Shown here: in pieces, positions 1 to 9,974 of the stretch
Layout: every line of letters begins with the position of its first letter
How positions within the stretch are numbered: position 1 is the first letter of the stretch
Source of the DNA: Candidatus Latescibacterota bacterium
Lineage (GTDB): Bacteria > Latescibacterota > UBA2968
Direction: 5' to 3'
DNA: 64,000 bases
Assembly: GCA_965116885.1 (NCBI GenBank)
Contig: OZ220741.1
Coordinates: 544,001-608,000, forward strand
The notes under the pieces: generated by a model
What the model was told of the DNA's origin: nothing
Database searches by the model: none
The model's input: the letters and a program-made list of their open reading frames with translations, nothing else
Translations under genes and position numbers: made by a program

Positions 1-141
1 GACGGCACTGCCAAAGGAGGTGTCGTCATCGCCATTGCCGACGAACTCGACCTGCCCGTGCGCTATGTTGGCCTGGGAGAAGGCGTTGAGGACCTGCACG
101 ACTTCGACCCCGAAAACTTTGTCAGAGCCCTATTTGATTAA
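1..141 (+). CDS. ftsY: Signal recognition particle receptor FtsY, C-terminal part (runs off window)
   Basis: Manual translation of frame 1: [53 protein letters not shown] and G.GE...DL..F are SRP-GTPase motifs. Confidence 0.9.
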   Translation, partial: DGTAKGGVVIAIADELDLPVRYVGLGEGVEDLHDFDPENFVRALFD

Positions 142-179
142 TTGACGCCAATGAGAAATCGGGTATATTCAGAAAAACG

Positions 180-237
180 CGAATAGACGAACCCTGCCCA
201 ACCTCCCAACGGGCGGGCACAGGGGCACCGCCCCTAC
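180..237 (+). repeat. REP-like palindromic element, copy 1 (CGAATAGACGAA...GGGCGGGCACAGGGGCACCGCCCCTAC)
   Basis: Same ~27-bp core at 211, 12600, 49117 and 62343, with a variant at 18953. The reverse complement starts with GTAG, like GTAG-family REPs. Confidence 0.85.
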
Positions 238-267
238 GGTTTCACACTTCTCACTTCACACTTCTTC

Positions 268-1428
268 ATGCCTACCCAACTGCCCATATATCTCGACAAC
301 AACGCCACCACACCCATAGATGAACGGGTGCTCAACGCGATGTTGCCCTATCTCAAAGACCGATTTGGCAATGCCGCCAGCCGCACACACACCTTTGGGT
401 GGCATGCCGAAGATGCCGTTGATCTGGCGCGGGAACAAATAGCCAGCCTCATCAACGCACAGCCCAAAGACATCGTCTTCACCAGCGGTGCCACAGAATC
501 TGACAACCTCGCCATCAAAGGCGTGGCAGCCGCAGCCACCAACGCGCACATCATCACGCAAGCCACCGAGCACCACGCCGTGCTCGACTCTTGCCGCGCG
601 CTGGAACGCGACAGCGTCTCGATCACAATCTTGCCCGTAGATTCACACGGTATTACCGACCCATCAGACATCGCAAACGCCATCACAGACAACACCGCAC
701 TCGTCTCCATCATGGCGGCCAACAACGAAATCGGCACCTGCCAGGCCATTGAAGAAATCGGAGCGATATGTCGCACAAAAAACATCTATTTTCACACAGA
801 TGCAGCACAGGCCATTGGCAAATACCCGATCGATGTCGAAGCCATGCACATTGACCTCCTCTCCATCTCTGCCCACAAACTCTACGGACCCAAAGGCGCA
901 GGCGCGCTCTATGTGCGCAGTCGCCCGCGCGTTCGCCTCGTCGGCCAAATAGACGGCGGGGGCCATGAAAAAGGCATGCGCTCTGGCACGCTCAATGTAC
1001 CGGGCATTGTGGGCATGGGAGAAGCCTGCGCACTTGCACAAAAACACATCGAAACCGAAGCAAAACACAGTGAAAACTTGCGCCATCGCCTGCAAAAACA
1101 CCTCTTCAATGCGCTGCCCCAGATACAACTCAACGGCCACCCCGAACAACGCCTGCCGGGCAACCTCAACATCAGCTTTGCCGGTGTGGATGGCGAAAGC
1201 CTGCTCATGAGCTTGCAAGACATAGCTCTCTCATCCGGATCGGCGTGTACATCCGCATCTCTCGAACCGTCTTACGTACTCAAAGCCATTGGCGTCAGCA
1301 ATGACATGGCCCAGTGCAGCATACGCTTTGGCATTGGTCGATTCAACACCGAAGTAGAAATCGACTATGTTGCAGAGCGCGTAATTCAAGAAGTCAATCG
1401 CCTGCGCGAAATATCGCCGAACTATTAA
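268..1428 (+). CDS. iscS: Cysteine desulfurase (IscS/NifS group I)
   Basis: [30 protein letters not shown] (PLP lysine) and SSGSACTS (catalytic Cys). Confidence 0.95.
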   Translation: MPTQLPIYLDNNATTPIDERVLNAMLPYLKDRFGNAASRTHTFGWHAEDAVDLAREQIASLINAQPKDIVFTSGATESDNLAIKGVAAAATNAHIITQATEHHAVLDSCRALERDSVSITILPVDSHGITDPSDIANAITDNTALVSIMAANNEIGTCQAIEEIGAICRTKNIYFHTDAAQAIGKYPIDVEAMHIDLLSISAHKLYGPKGAGALYVRSRPRVRLVGQIDGGGHEKGMRSGTLNVPGIVGMGEACALAQKHIETEAKHSENLRHRLQKHLFNALPQIQLNGHPEQRLPGNLNISFAGVDGESLLMSLQDIALSSGSACTSASLEPSYVLKAIGVSNDMAQCSIRFGIGRFNTEVEIDYVAERVIQEVNRLREISPNY

Positions 1429-1447
1429 ATTTATCCCCGGAGCCACC

Positions 1448-2257
1448 ATGCCAACCCCAGACCGTCCCCAACGCCCCGAAATCTTACCCGAAGTCAAAAA
1501 CATCGTCGCAGTATCCAGCGGCAAAGGCGGCGTGGGCAAAACAACGGTTAGTGTAAACCTCGCGGTCTCACTCGCCAAACAGGGCGCGACAGTTGGCTTG
1601 CTCGACGCGGATATTTACGGTCCCAATGTGCCGATCATGATGGGCAGTATGGCGCAACCCAGGTCAATAGGCCAAAAAATACTGCCCCTTGAAAATCACA
1701 ATGTCAAATTCATGTCCCTCGGCCTCATCGCCGGAGAAAATGCCCCCATTATATGGCGCGGTCCCATCGTGGGCAGAATGATACAGCAATTCATGGTTGA
1801 CGTAATATGGGGCGCGCTCGACTACCTCGTCGTCGATCTACCCCCCGGCACGGGTGATGCACAACTCACCCTTGCCCAAACCGTGCCACTCAGCGGTGCG
1901 GTCATAGTCACCACCCCGCAAAATGTCGCTCTCGAAGACGTACATCGCGGCATAGAAATGTTCCGCAAAGTCGAAGTCCCCATCCTCGGCGTTGTCGAAA
2001 ACATGAGCTATTTTCTCTGCCCGTGTTGTGGAGATCGCACGCCCCTCTTCGGCGAAGGCGGGGGGCAACACCTCGCCGATGCTTATGGCCTGCCCCTGCT
2101 CGGACAAATCCCCATCCAGCCCAATATTCGCGAAGGCGGCGACACGGGTGCGCCCATCGCAACAGGTGAAAACAATGCTTTCCCCGAAATCGCCCGTCGC
2201 ATTACCGACGCACTGGCAGAAAGAGAAAGCGACCTGCCCGAAATCACAATTGTCTAA
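1448..2257 (+). CDS. apbC: Mrp/ApbC/NBP35 Fe-S cluster carrier ATPase
   Basis: SGKGGVGKTT, DADIYGP, WRGP, DLPPGTGD, GVVENMS, CxxC. Confidence 0.93.
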   Translation: MPTPDRPQRPEILPEVKNIVAVSSGKGGVGKTTVSVNLAVSLAKQGATVGLLDADIYGPNVPIMMGSMAQPRSIGQKILPLENHNVKFMSLGLIAGENAPIIWRGPIVGRMIQQFMVDVIWGALDYLVVDLPPGTGDAQLTLAQTVPLSGAVIVTTPQNVALEDVHRGIEMFRKVEVPILGVVENMSYFLCPCCGDRTPLFGEGGGQHLADAYGLPLLGQIPIQPNIREGGDTGAPIATGENNAFPEIARRITDALAERESDLPEITIV

Positions 2258-2343
2258 CTTTTCGGGCTTGCGAACAAAAAAAAATCCCTTACATTAAATT
2301 CCCGTGACCACTCAAATCCAAACACCAACCTGAAAGGCATGCC

Positions 2344-3522
2344 ATGAGTGCAACTTACGAAACGCTCGTCGCACGGGCAGAGGCCAACACAACAGGGCTT
2401 TCTCCAGAACGCGCACAGGAGAAAATCCATACAAATGGCACATTGCTCATAGACGTGCGCGAGCGTGAAAACTATATCGAAGGATATATCCCGGGCGCAG
2501 AAAATGTGCCGCGTGGCTTTCTCGAACTCCGCATAGAAAGCATGGACAACGACCGCGACCGCGCAATCATTATCTATGGTGCTCAGGGCCAGGGCGCATT
2601 AGCCGCACAGGCGCTTCAAGACATGGGCTATTCCGATGTCGCGTATATCCAGGGCGACATCGATTCCTGGAAAAACGCCGGTCTCGACATCAACCAGGAC
2701 CGCGCGCTCGACAAAGCCGAAGTACAGCGCTACTCCCGTCACCTCCTCATCCCCGAAGTGGGAGAACGCGGACAGGGCAAACTCCTCGACGCCAAAGTCC
2801 TGCTCATCGGCGCAGGCGGATTGGGCAGCCCAACCGGACTTTATCTCGCCGCAACTGGCATTGGGACACTGGGAATTGTCGATGCCGACATCGTCGATGT
2901 CACCAACTTGCAACGCCAGATACTACACGGCACATCTGACCTGGGTCGTCTCAAAGCCATCTCGGCTTACGAAACCCTCAAAGAAATTAACCCCGGCTGC
3001 GATGTGGTGCCACACACCGACTATCTCACATCCGACAACATCATGGACATCCTCCCCGAATACGACATCATCGTCAACGGATGCGACAACTTCCCAACGC
3101 GCTATCTCGTCAACGATGCGTGTGTCTTCCTCAAAAAACCCATCGTGGATGGCAGCATCTTCCGCTTTGAAGGTCAGGTCACGGTGTACACGTGCGACGG
3201 TGAGGGGCCTTGCTACCGCTGCCTCTACCCAGCGCCACCGCCGGCAGACCTGGCACCATCGTGAGACGAAGCAGGCGTGCTGGGTGTTCTGCCCGGCACA
3301 GTTGGCCTCGTGCAGGCCACAGAAGTTGTCAAACTCATACTCGGTCAGGGGGATCCACTCATCGGTCGCTTACTGATGTACGACGCCCTGCAAATGAACT
3401 TCAACACATTCAAAATTCGCCGCGACAAAAATTGCCCTGTATGCGGCGACAACCCGACCATCACCGAACTCATGGACTATCAGGCATTCTGCGCCATGGA
3501 TCACAGCGACGCGGCGGATTAA
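2344..3522 (+). CDS. moeB: Rhodanese-MoeB/ThiF (MoeZ-like) sulfur-carrier adenylyltransferase, probable selenoprotein (TGA at 3262-3264, codon 307); 392 aa if read through
   Basis: ORFs 2344..3264 and 3277..3522 are in the same frame and join as CYRC...APS*DEAGVLG...CPVC, matching the MoeB PSC.EAGVLG motif. RYSRH and GAGGLG are present. A SECIS-like hairpin follows, and selC/selD are in the window. Confidence 0.88.
3277..3299 (+). promoter_or_regulatory. Candidate bacterial SECIS element
   Basis: GTGCTGGGT-GTTCT-GCCCGGCAC: 9-bp stem (two G-U pairs) with a 5-nt loop starting with G, 21 nt after the TGA. Confidence 0.7.
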
Positions 3523-3542
3523 CCGTCGCAGCACAAAAACAC

Positions 3543-3582
3543 AAAGGGGTGAAACCACCAATCGGTTTCACCCCTTTTGTTT
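3543..3582 (+). terminator. Rho-independent terminator (possibly bidirectional)
   Basis: AAAGGGGTGAAACC-accaatc-GGTTTCACCCCTTTT between convergent genes. Confidence 0.8.
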
Positions 3583-3624
3583 GACCTACCCCCCTAGCCC
3601 CCCTTCCTGCGAGGAAGGGGGGAA
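3583..3624 (+). repeat. Palindromic intergenic repeat, family 2
   Basis: GACCTACCCCCCTAGCCCCCTTCCTGCGAGGAAGGGGGGA resembles 20770-20810. Confidence 0.65.
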
Positions 3625-3661
3625 CCAGGTCTCCCCCTCGCCTTTCATCTGTGAAAAACAC

Positions 3662-4759
3662 TCAAATTACTCGCGTTTTTTTCTGCGTCATCTGCGGATG
3701 ATAATGCCCCCTATCTCTATCCTCCACAATACGATCATCTACAGGCACCTCGAAGCGATCCGCCCATTCGCCAATTTGCTGATTAATCGTATCGGGTATC
3801 TCAATGCCGTGTTTGAGGCGGTGTCTGCGGTTGCGGTACTCAAAATCCCCCGGGACCAGAACTTCATCTACCCCATCGGCGGGTTCGGTCGTCTTCATCG
3901 CATCTAAAAATGCGCGAATATCCTGTTGATAACTATCCAGGTCTGTAAATGTACTGATATCAATAACCTGCATAAACGCGCCCCCAGAACGCCGGCCCTC
4001 CCTTTGGGCTCCTGAAAGCAGCCCCATCAAACAGATCATCAGCGAAAGCGCGTAGCCCTTGTGCTCTCCAAAAGTACGCAAAAATCCACCATCGTAAAAA
4101 TCGAGAGGATTGGTTGACGGCTTGTTATGCTTATCCACAATAAAAGTATCGGGAATCGACGCATTCTTGCTTCGCGCGACCTGGAGCTTGCCCTCGGCGA
4201 CCATGGCAGTGGCAAAATCGATTACAAAAGGCGCCTCATCGCCAGTGGGAACACCCACCGCAATGGGATTGGTACCCAGACTTCCCTTCTTCCCTCCAAA
4301 AGGCAGAACTTTCATCGTATTGGGCGAACCCCCACCAACCATGCAAATACCGATAAAACCCCCGCGCGCGGCAATCTCAACATATTCTCCCAGACGTCCA
4401 ATATGTGCAACCCGCGTGAATGAAACCGAACAAATTTCAGAAGTTCGCGCTTTTTCCATCGCCTGATGGACCGCGCGATAAGCCGTAAGATGCCCCAGCC
4501 CCCCGTTGCCGTCCAGAACCAGTGTAGTAGCCGATTCCCGCGCCGTAGTCGGTTCAGCCGCCGGATTCATCCCCCCCTCGGAGATATTAGTGAGATACAG
4601 GGGGATGCGGAGAACACCGTGAGAATCGTGACCTGCGAGATTGGCATTCACCAGAATCTTCGCCACAATACCTGCAATATCAGGTGTCGCACCAGAAGCT
4701 TCAAACAAACGTCTCGTAAGCGCGTGAAGATGTGCGGGTTGATACGTGTGCATTTGCAT
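3662..4759 (-). CDS. Ldh_2 family (malate/L-lactate/ureidoglycolate-type) oxidoreductase
   Basis: GHDSHG, HIGRLGEY, GTNPIA, DFAT, GEHKGYAL, VLVPGD. Start moved to the ATG at 4759, which has a GGAG RBS. Confidence 0.9.
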   Translation of the reverse strand: MQMHTYQPAHLHALTRRLFEASGATPDIAGIVAKILVNANLAGHDSHGVLRIPLYLTNISEGGMNPAAEPTTARESATTLVLDGNGGLGHLTAYRAVHQAMEKARTSEICSVSFTRVAHIGRLGEYVEIAARGGFIGICMVGGGSPNTMKVLPFGGKKGSLGTNPIAVGVPTGDEAPFVIDFATAMVAEGKLQVARSKNASIPDTFIVDKHNKPSTNPLDFYDGGFLRTFGEHKGYALSLMICLMGLLSGAQREGRRSGGAFMQVIDISTFTDLDSYQQDIRAFLDAMKTTEPADGVDEVLVPGDFEYRNRRHRLKHGIEIPDTINQQIGEWADRFEVPVDDRIVEDRDRGHYHPQMTQKKTRVI

Positions 4760-4769
4760 AAAAAATCTC

Positions 4770-5702
4770 CTAAAGCCCTGCGGCGAAAAACTCTTCGAAC
4801 ACCTCATCGGAAACCGTTGCACACGCCGCGCGCACATTGGCTTCGAGTTGCGCCTTATTCAGACTGCCGAGCGGATTGCCGTGAATGCGAGACTCTCGGA
4901 TGGAAAATTGCAACGTCAACTCGAGCAAGTTATACCCGCGTTCCTCGCACCACAGGCGCATATTCTCGGCGCGCTCGTGATCTTCTCGCCAGCGATCACG
5001 GGGCACAAAATTTTCCAACGGCACACCCGTGAGATAACCTCGCATAATCGACCAGCCATTCATCACACCCAGATCGTGCTCCGCCGCAGCGGGCAAAATA
5101 TCTTCGCTAATGGTCTGCCGCAAAAGATTGTGATCCCCAAAACACAGAAAACAATCCGTACGCCCCGATTCGATCTGCGCCAGATGAAAATCGTGGGGCC
5201 GCATCCCGTATCCAATAAAATTGACCCACCCCCGTTCCCGCGCCTTTTCCAATCCCTCAAGCGTACCACCCGCAACCAGCGTAGCCTCGATACTCCACGG
5301 ATCGTGAATAAAAAGCACATCGAAATAATCAATCCCCAAAATCTCAAGCTGATCTTCTATATCGGCAAGCGCGTGCTCGGTTGAGTAATCCGGGTCTCCA
5401 TCTCCATATCCCCCCCACTTCGCGGCACTGTGACAGCAAACGCGCCCACTAATAATGATCTCATCGCGCTCGACAACGCCCTGCTTAATCGCAAGACCGA
5501 GCTTTCGAAGCGAATCGCCATAACACCGCGCACAATCGAAGTGATTGACCCCAATATCCACCGCAAACCGAATGAGGTCTGCGGCTTCATCATCGGTAAC
5601 AGGACCAAAATTATTGCCAAACCCCTGCGTACCAAAGGGAATAACGGGAATAGAAAGTTCCGTTTTGCCCCAGCGACGACGTGGGACTTGTTTTTCAATC
5701 AT
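4770..5702 (-). CDS. Aldo/keto reductase
   Basis: RRRWGKTELSI, GVNHFDCARCYG, LGIDYFDVLFIHDP. Confidence 0.88.
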   Translation of the reverse strand: MIEKQVPRRRWGKTELSIPVIPFGTQGFGNNFGPVTDDEAADLIRFAVDIGVNHFDCARCYGDSLRKLGLAIKQGVVERDEIIISGRVCCHSAAKWGGYGDGDPDYSTEHALADIEDQLEILGIDYFDVLFIHDPWSIEATLVAGGTLEGLEKARERGWVNFIGYGMRPHDFHLAQIESGRTDCFLCFGDHNLLRQTISEDILPAAAEHDLGVMNGWSIMRGYLTGVPLENFVPRDRWREDHERAENMRLWCEERGYNLLELTLQFSIRESRIHGNPLGSLNKAQLEANVRAACATVSDEVFEEFFAAGL

Positions 5703-6088
5703 GTCAAAGAGTCTCCATTATCCAGTGCATATTCCTTCAGCGTATCCAAATCGACAAACTCAAGCGTGGAAATATGCGTACCCGAAAGATAAACGGGAGG
5801 AGCAAAACCCGCATTGAGAGCTTCAACCCAGCGCTGAACACACAAACACCAGCGATCGCCCGGCACAAGACCGGGAAAGCGCAATTCGGGCACAGGCGTA
5901 CTCAGGTCATTGCCCGCAGACTGGGAAAAAGCCAAAAATTCTTCCGTCATCTCCGCACAGAGAATATGCAACCCCAAATCACCCGGCCCCGTGCGACAAC
6001 ATCCATCTCTAAAAAAACCCGTCATAGGATCAGTACAACAATCCTCGAGTTCCTCGCCCAAAACATTTTTACCGCGATTCATTTTCAC
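5699..6088 (-). CDS. DUF2237 family protein
   Basis: NVLGEEL..CC..PMTGFFRDGCC, GNDLSTP, PGDRWCLC. Confidence 0.88.
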   Translation of the reverse strand: MKMNRGKNVLGEELEDCCTDPMTGFFRDGCCRTGPGDLGLHILCAEMTEEFLAFSQSAGNDLSTPVPELRFPGLVPGDRWCLCVQRWVEALNAGFAPPVYLSGTHISTLEFVDLDTLKEYALDNGDSLT

Positions 6089-6096
6089 TCCAAAAT

Positions 6097-7437
6097 TTAA
6101 TTCGTATAAGGCACAGTACCGCTCTCATTCACCGTATATCCCCACTGCCGAATATAATCTGCACCGGGCAAAAATTCATCGCCTTGTGCATCGAGGCGGC
6201 GTTGGAGCCAGACATCCAAATCGCTGCACAAATCCGCGCATTCGGGATCGTCAACGAGATTATTCAACTGAAAGGGATCGGCCTCGTTATCATACAGCAA
6301 CCACGGTCCATCGAGCGAGCGAACATACGTATATTGCCCCGTCCGCAAGCCGCGATACTCGCGCGCGCCCCTATCGCGCGTCCACTGCCCAAAAGGCTGC
6401 GGACATTGTAAAAGCGCGGCACCATCAGAAGGATTCTCACCGCCGTTGAGATAGGCCGAAAAATCCAGCCCCTCAACCGTATCGGGAATATCGATCCCAC
6501 AAAGCCCCAAAAGCGTGGGCATAATGTCCGGTATATCAATGGGATCATGGACCTCCCGCCCCTCCAACCCAAATTGCGCCGGCCATCGCAACAAAAACGG
6601 AATGCGAATAGACTCCTCCCAGGGCTGTTGCTTTTTCGCACTCCCCTGTGAGCCGAGCATATCGCCGTGATCCGAAAAAAAGAGCAAAAGCGTATCGTCG
6701 GCTATCCCTTTATCGTCCAGCGTCTGGAGCAAATCGCCCATACAATCGTCCAGCGCCGTGCAGTGGGCGTAATAGCCCGCAATCCATTCTCGGGCATTTG
6801 CTTCGGATTCTGGCGGCACATTCCCGCGTAAAGGCACATCATCGGGGCGATACATCGCGCGGTATTTTTCCGGCGCAGTCTCATAAGGCGCGTGCGGTGG
6901 CCCCCACGAAAGCACGAGCAAAAAGGGATTCTCCGAGTCGTGATTCTGGATGTACTCTTGCACATCGCGCGTCTGTGCAATCGCGTCGTATCCCTTCCAC
7001 GTGAGCTTCTCGTCAGAATCATTCGCATAATAAAAAGAATTATTGTAATTGTGCGTACACTCCAGCACCTTCCAATAGTCAAACCCCTGCCGATTTTCGG
7101 GCGGAATATAATTGGATCGCCCATTTGCATTTACATGCCATTTGCCGACATAAGCGGTATCGTATCCCGCACTCTTAAAAGCCTGTGCCAGACTAACAGC
7201 CCTATCGCTCAAATGGACATCATTGACAAAAACACCATGCGTCAGCGGATATTGCCCCGTCAGCAGAGACGCCCGCGCCGGGCAACAAACCGAACAACCC
7301 GAAACCGCGTGTGTCGCATTGATACTTTGAGAAGCGAGACGATCGATATTCGGCGTCTGCACACAGGAATTGCCGGCATAACCAAACGCCTGTGCGCGCC
7401 ACTGGTCGCCAAAAATGAGAATGACATTACTGGCCAT
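6097..7437 (-). CDS. Sulfatase (Cys-type, formylglycine-dependent)
   Basis: CCPARASLLTG (CxPxR), GKWH, SDHG. Confidence 0.93.
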   Translation of the reverse strand: MASNVILIFGDQWRAQAFGYAGNSCVQTPNIDRLASQSINATHAVSGCSVCCPARASLLTGQYPLTHGVFVNDVHLSDRAVSLAQAFKSAGYDTAYVGKWHVNANGRSNYIPPENRQGFDYWKVLECTHNYNNSFYYANDSDEKLTWKGYDAIAQTRDVQEYIQNHDSENPFLLVLSWGPPHAPYETAPEKYRAMYRPDDVPLRGNVPPESEANAREWIAGYYAHCTALDDCMGDLLQTLDDKGIADDTLLLFFSDHGDMLGSQGSAKKQQPWEESIRIPFLLRWPAQFGLEGREVHDPIDIPDIMPTLLGLCGIDIPDTVEGLDFSAYLNGGENPSDGAALLQCPQPFGQWTRDRGAREYRGLRTGQYTYVRSLDGPWLLYDNEADPFQLNNLVDDPECADLCSDLDVWLQRRLDAQGDEFLPGADYIRQWGYTVNESGTVPYTN

Positions 7438-7556
7438 AAAAAATCCTTTGCATTAAAAAGTGATCCCACAAAAAACCGCGACAATATTATAAACCAAAAA
7501 GCCTCTTGTCAATGTATCTGACAAGAGGTAAAAATGATGCGTTATTCACAACCCCC

Positions 7557-9932
7557 TCAAAACCGCACAAATCCAACACTCACAAAAAATCCCGGCGCAT
7601 ACAATCGCTTTGTGAAATCCAATCGGAATAAATCAAATAGCCCGTTAATCGACACACCTAATTCGTGGTGAAAACCGTCTGAATATTGCGGCGCGTAATC
7701 CAACCCCTTCAACGTACCATCTCCAAACCACGTGCGCCCGTGTCCGCCGTGAACAATCAAACCAATATTGCGCTCCGCAGCCCACCGCCAGCCCATCAAC
7801 TCAAACGGAACCGTGCGAAAATTGTGTTCCCAGAACATTCCCAGCACCTTCTCCCCTTCATAAGGGCGGTTCACAAGTGTGCGAAATGTCCCAAATGTCG
7901 AGAACCCGTCCAGCAGCCCGGCATCCAAAATCTCAAAACGCTGCCTGGGCAGCGTCCCTGCAAACACACTGCCGACAACGCGCACATCGAGCACATTGGG
8001 CAACAAACGCCGCTTAAACAGCGTCTCAATACGCCAATCCAACAGCATCCGAACCTGTGTAAAATCAAAATCACTACCAAATCCCGGCCGACTGTGTTCA
8101 ATCTCCAATATAATTCTTCGTTGCCTGAAAATAAACGCGAGTCCCGAATTTCTATCCTCGATATCCGCGTGCAAAAACACAGAACGCAAATTGCCCGGAT
8201 CAATCTTCGGATTGGGCCGTTGCACATCAATATCCCCACTCAAATGCCAATCCGTCGTCTTCTCCACCGACATGTGTTGCGCGACATTAATCCCACCGCT
8301 CAACAGCACACCCGACCTTCGCGGACGACCAAACCGATAGCCCGCCGTTCCTCTTACACCCTCGCGCCAGAAAAAATCAAAATAATCCTCTAAACCTTCA
8401 ATCTGCTGAAAACTGGCCTTAAACCGGCTATATAATCTCGACCGATAGCGCGTATCTGTCCCGCGAAATCCCTCAAGCGAAACAAATCCCTTTTTGTCCG
8501 CTCCCCAGCGCACCGTTGCCTTGCCGTCAAAAGACCATCGTTTCAAACCAAAATTATACGCACCTCCACCTTCAAAAACCGATCGGCTTTGACGCGATCT
8601 CGAAGAAATTTTTGAACCCAGATGCCCACCATCCACGCGATTGAACCACACCTCGGGTTTGAATCGAAACGGCAATTTGCGTCCCTTCTTACCATCCTCC
8701 TCATTCTTCTTTTCCTCATCCTCCCTCACAAAACGCACCAAAAACCCCTTAGGCTCATACGCTTTGTCCAGCGTCATCGTGCTGTCAATGCGCGCATAAG
8801 CCTCTTGCTCGATATCATCCAACGGCACGGCGAGTGCTGTTTGAACCAACAAACTATCCTGTTCCACACGCGCGGAATCCACCACCACAATGCGATCCTG
8901 ATCATAAAGCGAATCGGGCAACGCGACATTCACCTCATACCCCGTCAAACGAGAAATGCGCTGTCTCTCAAAAGGCGGAAATTTTAAACCAACCATTCCA
9001 ACTTTAACATTTATATCCGACTGATAGCCCACCGGCAAATAGTAATCACCGCCGAAATTGCTAAACTGCTGGCGCATAGTAATATTCAATTCGCGAATAG
9101 GCGGTGGAAACAAAAACGCCCGATTTGGCGTCAATTCCACCTCCACGAGCGCGTACACACTATCGAGCACAGCTACGCGACCATTAAAAGCCGTCTTGAG
9201 ACTGTGTTTGGGTTTCACATCAATATCGTAAATAATGCGATCATCCATTTTGCGACGGCCTGTGAGCACAAAATCATAGTGCGCCAGTGCATCGGGATGC
9301 GTAACGCCGATCAAATGATGACCGAAGAGTCCAGTTTCATCATCGTACAAATTCACACCTGCAGCCGCGGGCAAAGCAAAATCCAAATCCAAATTTTCTG
9401 TCTCGCGTTTATCTACCACGACCTCCCGCCATCCCTTTTTTTTATCCCAAAAACCATCGGACAAGCTCTCGATAATCGCGACAATCTCAGTATCCTTGTA
9501 CAAAACAAACCGCGAATAAGCCTCAACGCTAACCGTCTCCAGACTATCCCACCACGTCTGCTTCTGCGCGATGACCTTACGCATAATATTCGGCCCCATA
9601 TCCTCAGCCGTCACCACGAGTGCCTCCATCTCAATCGGCACTGGCTCCAGAGCAAAATTATGCACATCGGCTGCGTCCTCCGTCACATGATACTGCTGCG
9701 ACCGGTAGCCGATATAGCGCACCTCCACCACCGCGGGAAGAGAGCGCAAAGACAGCACATACTTGCCCTCGGTATTCGAAATTGTGCCATCATAAGCCCC
9801 CAGCACCTGCACCGTCGCAGCGGGAAGCGGCTCTCCTGTTGACGCATCGGTCACAGTACCCTGAATCACCTTTGCCTCCACCTGCGCAGCCGATAAAAGA
9901 ACGACAAATAACCACATCCATTGCATTGTCAT
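7557..9932 (-). CDS. Outer-membrane protein with a carboxypeptidase-regulatory-like N-domain (DUF5686-like)
   Basis: Signal peptide, IQGTVTDASTGEPLPAATV...YIGY domain, beta-rich C-terminus ending in Phe. Confidence 0.7.
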   Translation of the reverse strand: MTMQWMWLFVVLLSAAQVEAKVIQGTVTDASTGEPLPAATVQVLGAYDGTISNTEGKYVLSLRSLPAVVEVRYIGYRSQQYHVTEDAADVHNFALEPVPIEMEALVVTAEDMGPNIMRKVIAQKQTWWDSLETVSVEAYSRFVLYKDTEIVAIIESLSDGFWDKKKGWREVVVDKRETENLDLDFALPAAAGVNLYDDETGLFGHHLIGVTHPDALAHYDFVLTGRRKMDDRIIYDIDVKPKHSLKTAFNGRVAVLDSVYALVEVELTPNRAFLFPPPIRELNITMRQQFSNFGGDYYLPVGYQSDINVKVGMVGLKFPPFERQRISRLTGYEVNVALPDSLYDQDRIVVVDSARVEQDSLLVQTALAVPLDDIEQEAYARIDSTMTLDKAYEPKGFLVRFVREDEEKKNEEDGKKGRKLPFRFKPEVWFNRVDGGHLGSKISSRSRQSRSVFEGGGAYNFGLKRWSFDGKATVRWGADKKGFVSLEGFRGTDTRYRSRLYSRFKASFQQIEGLEDYFDFFWREGVRGTAGYRFGRPRRSGVLLSGGINVAQHMSVEKTTDWHLSGDIDVQRPNPKIDPGNLRSVFLHADIEDRNSGLAFIFRQRRIILEIEHSRPGFGSDFDFTQVRMLLDWRIETLFKRRLLPNVLDVRVVGSVFAGTLPRQRFEILDAGLLDGFSTFGTFRTLVNRPYEGEKVLGMFWEHNFRTVPFELMGWRWAAERNIGLIVHGGHGRTWFGDGTLKGLDYAPQYSDGFHHELGVSINGLFDLFRLDFTKRLYAPGFFVSVGFVRF

Positions 9933-9974
9933 AGTCTGTTTTTTTAACTCTTCTCCTTTTTATGCCTTCGGCGA

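Noticed and set aside
3262..3264. Genome-wide TGA reassignment (genetic code 4 or 25)
   Set aside because: Many complete genes end properly at TGA (e.g. 28120, 33789, 35624, 39784), and the TCA tRNA has tRNA-Sec structure.
3277..3522. Independent 81-aa gene
   Set aside because: It is the in-frame C-terminal part of MoeB, carrying the second Zn-binding CxxC.
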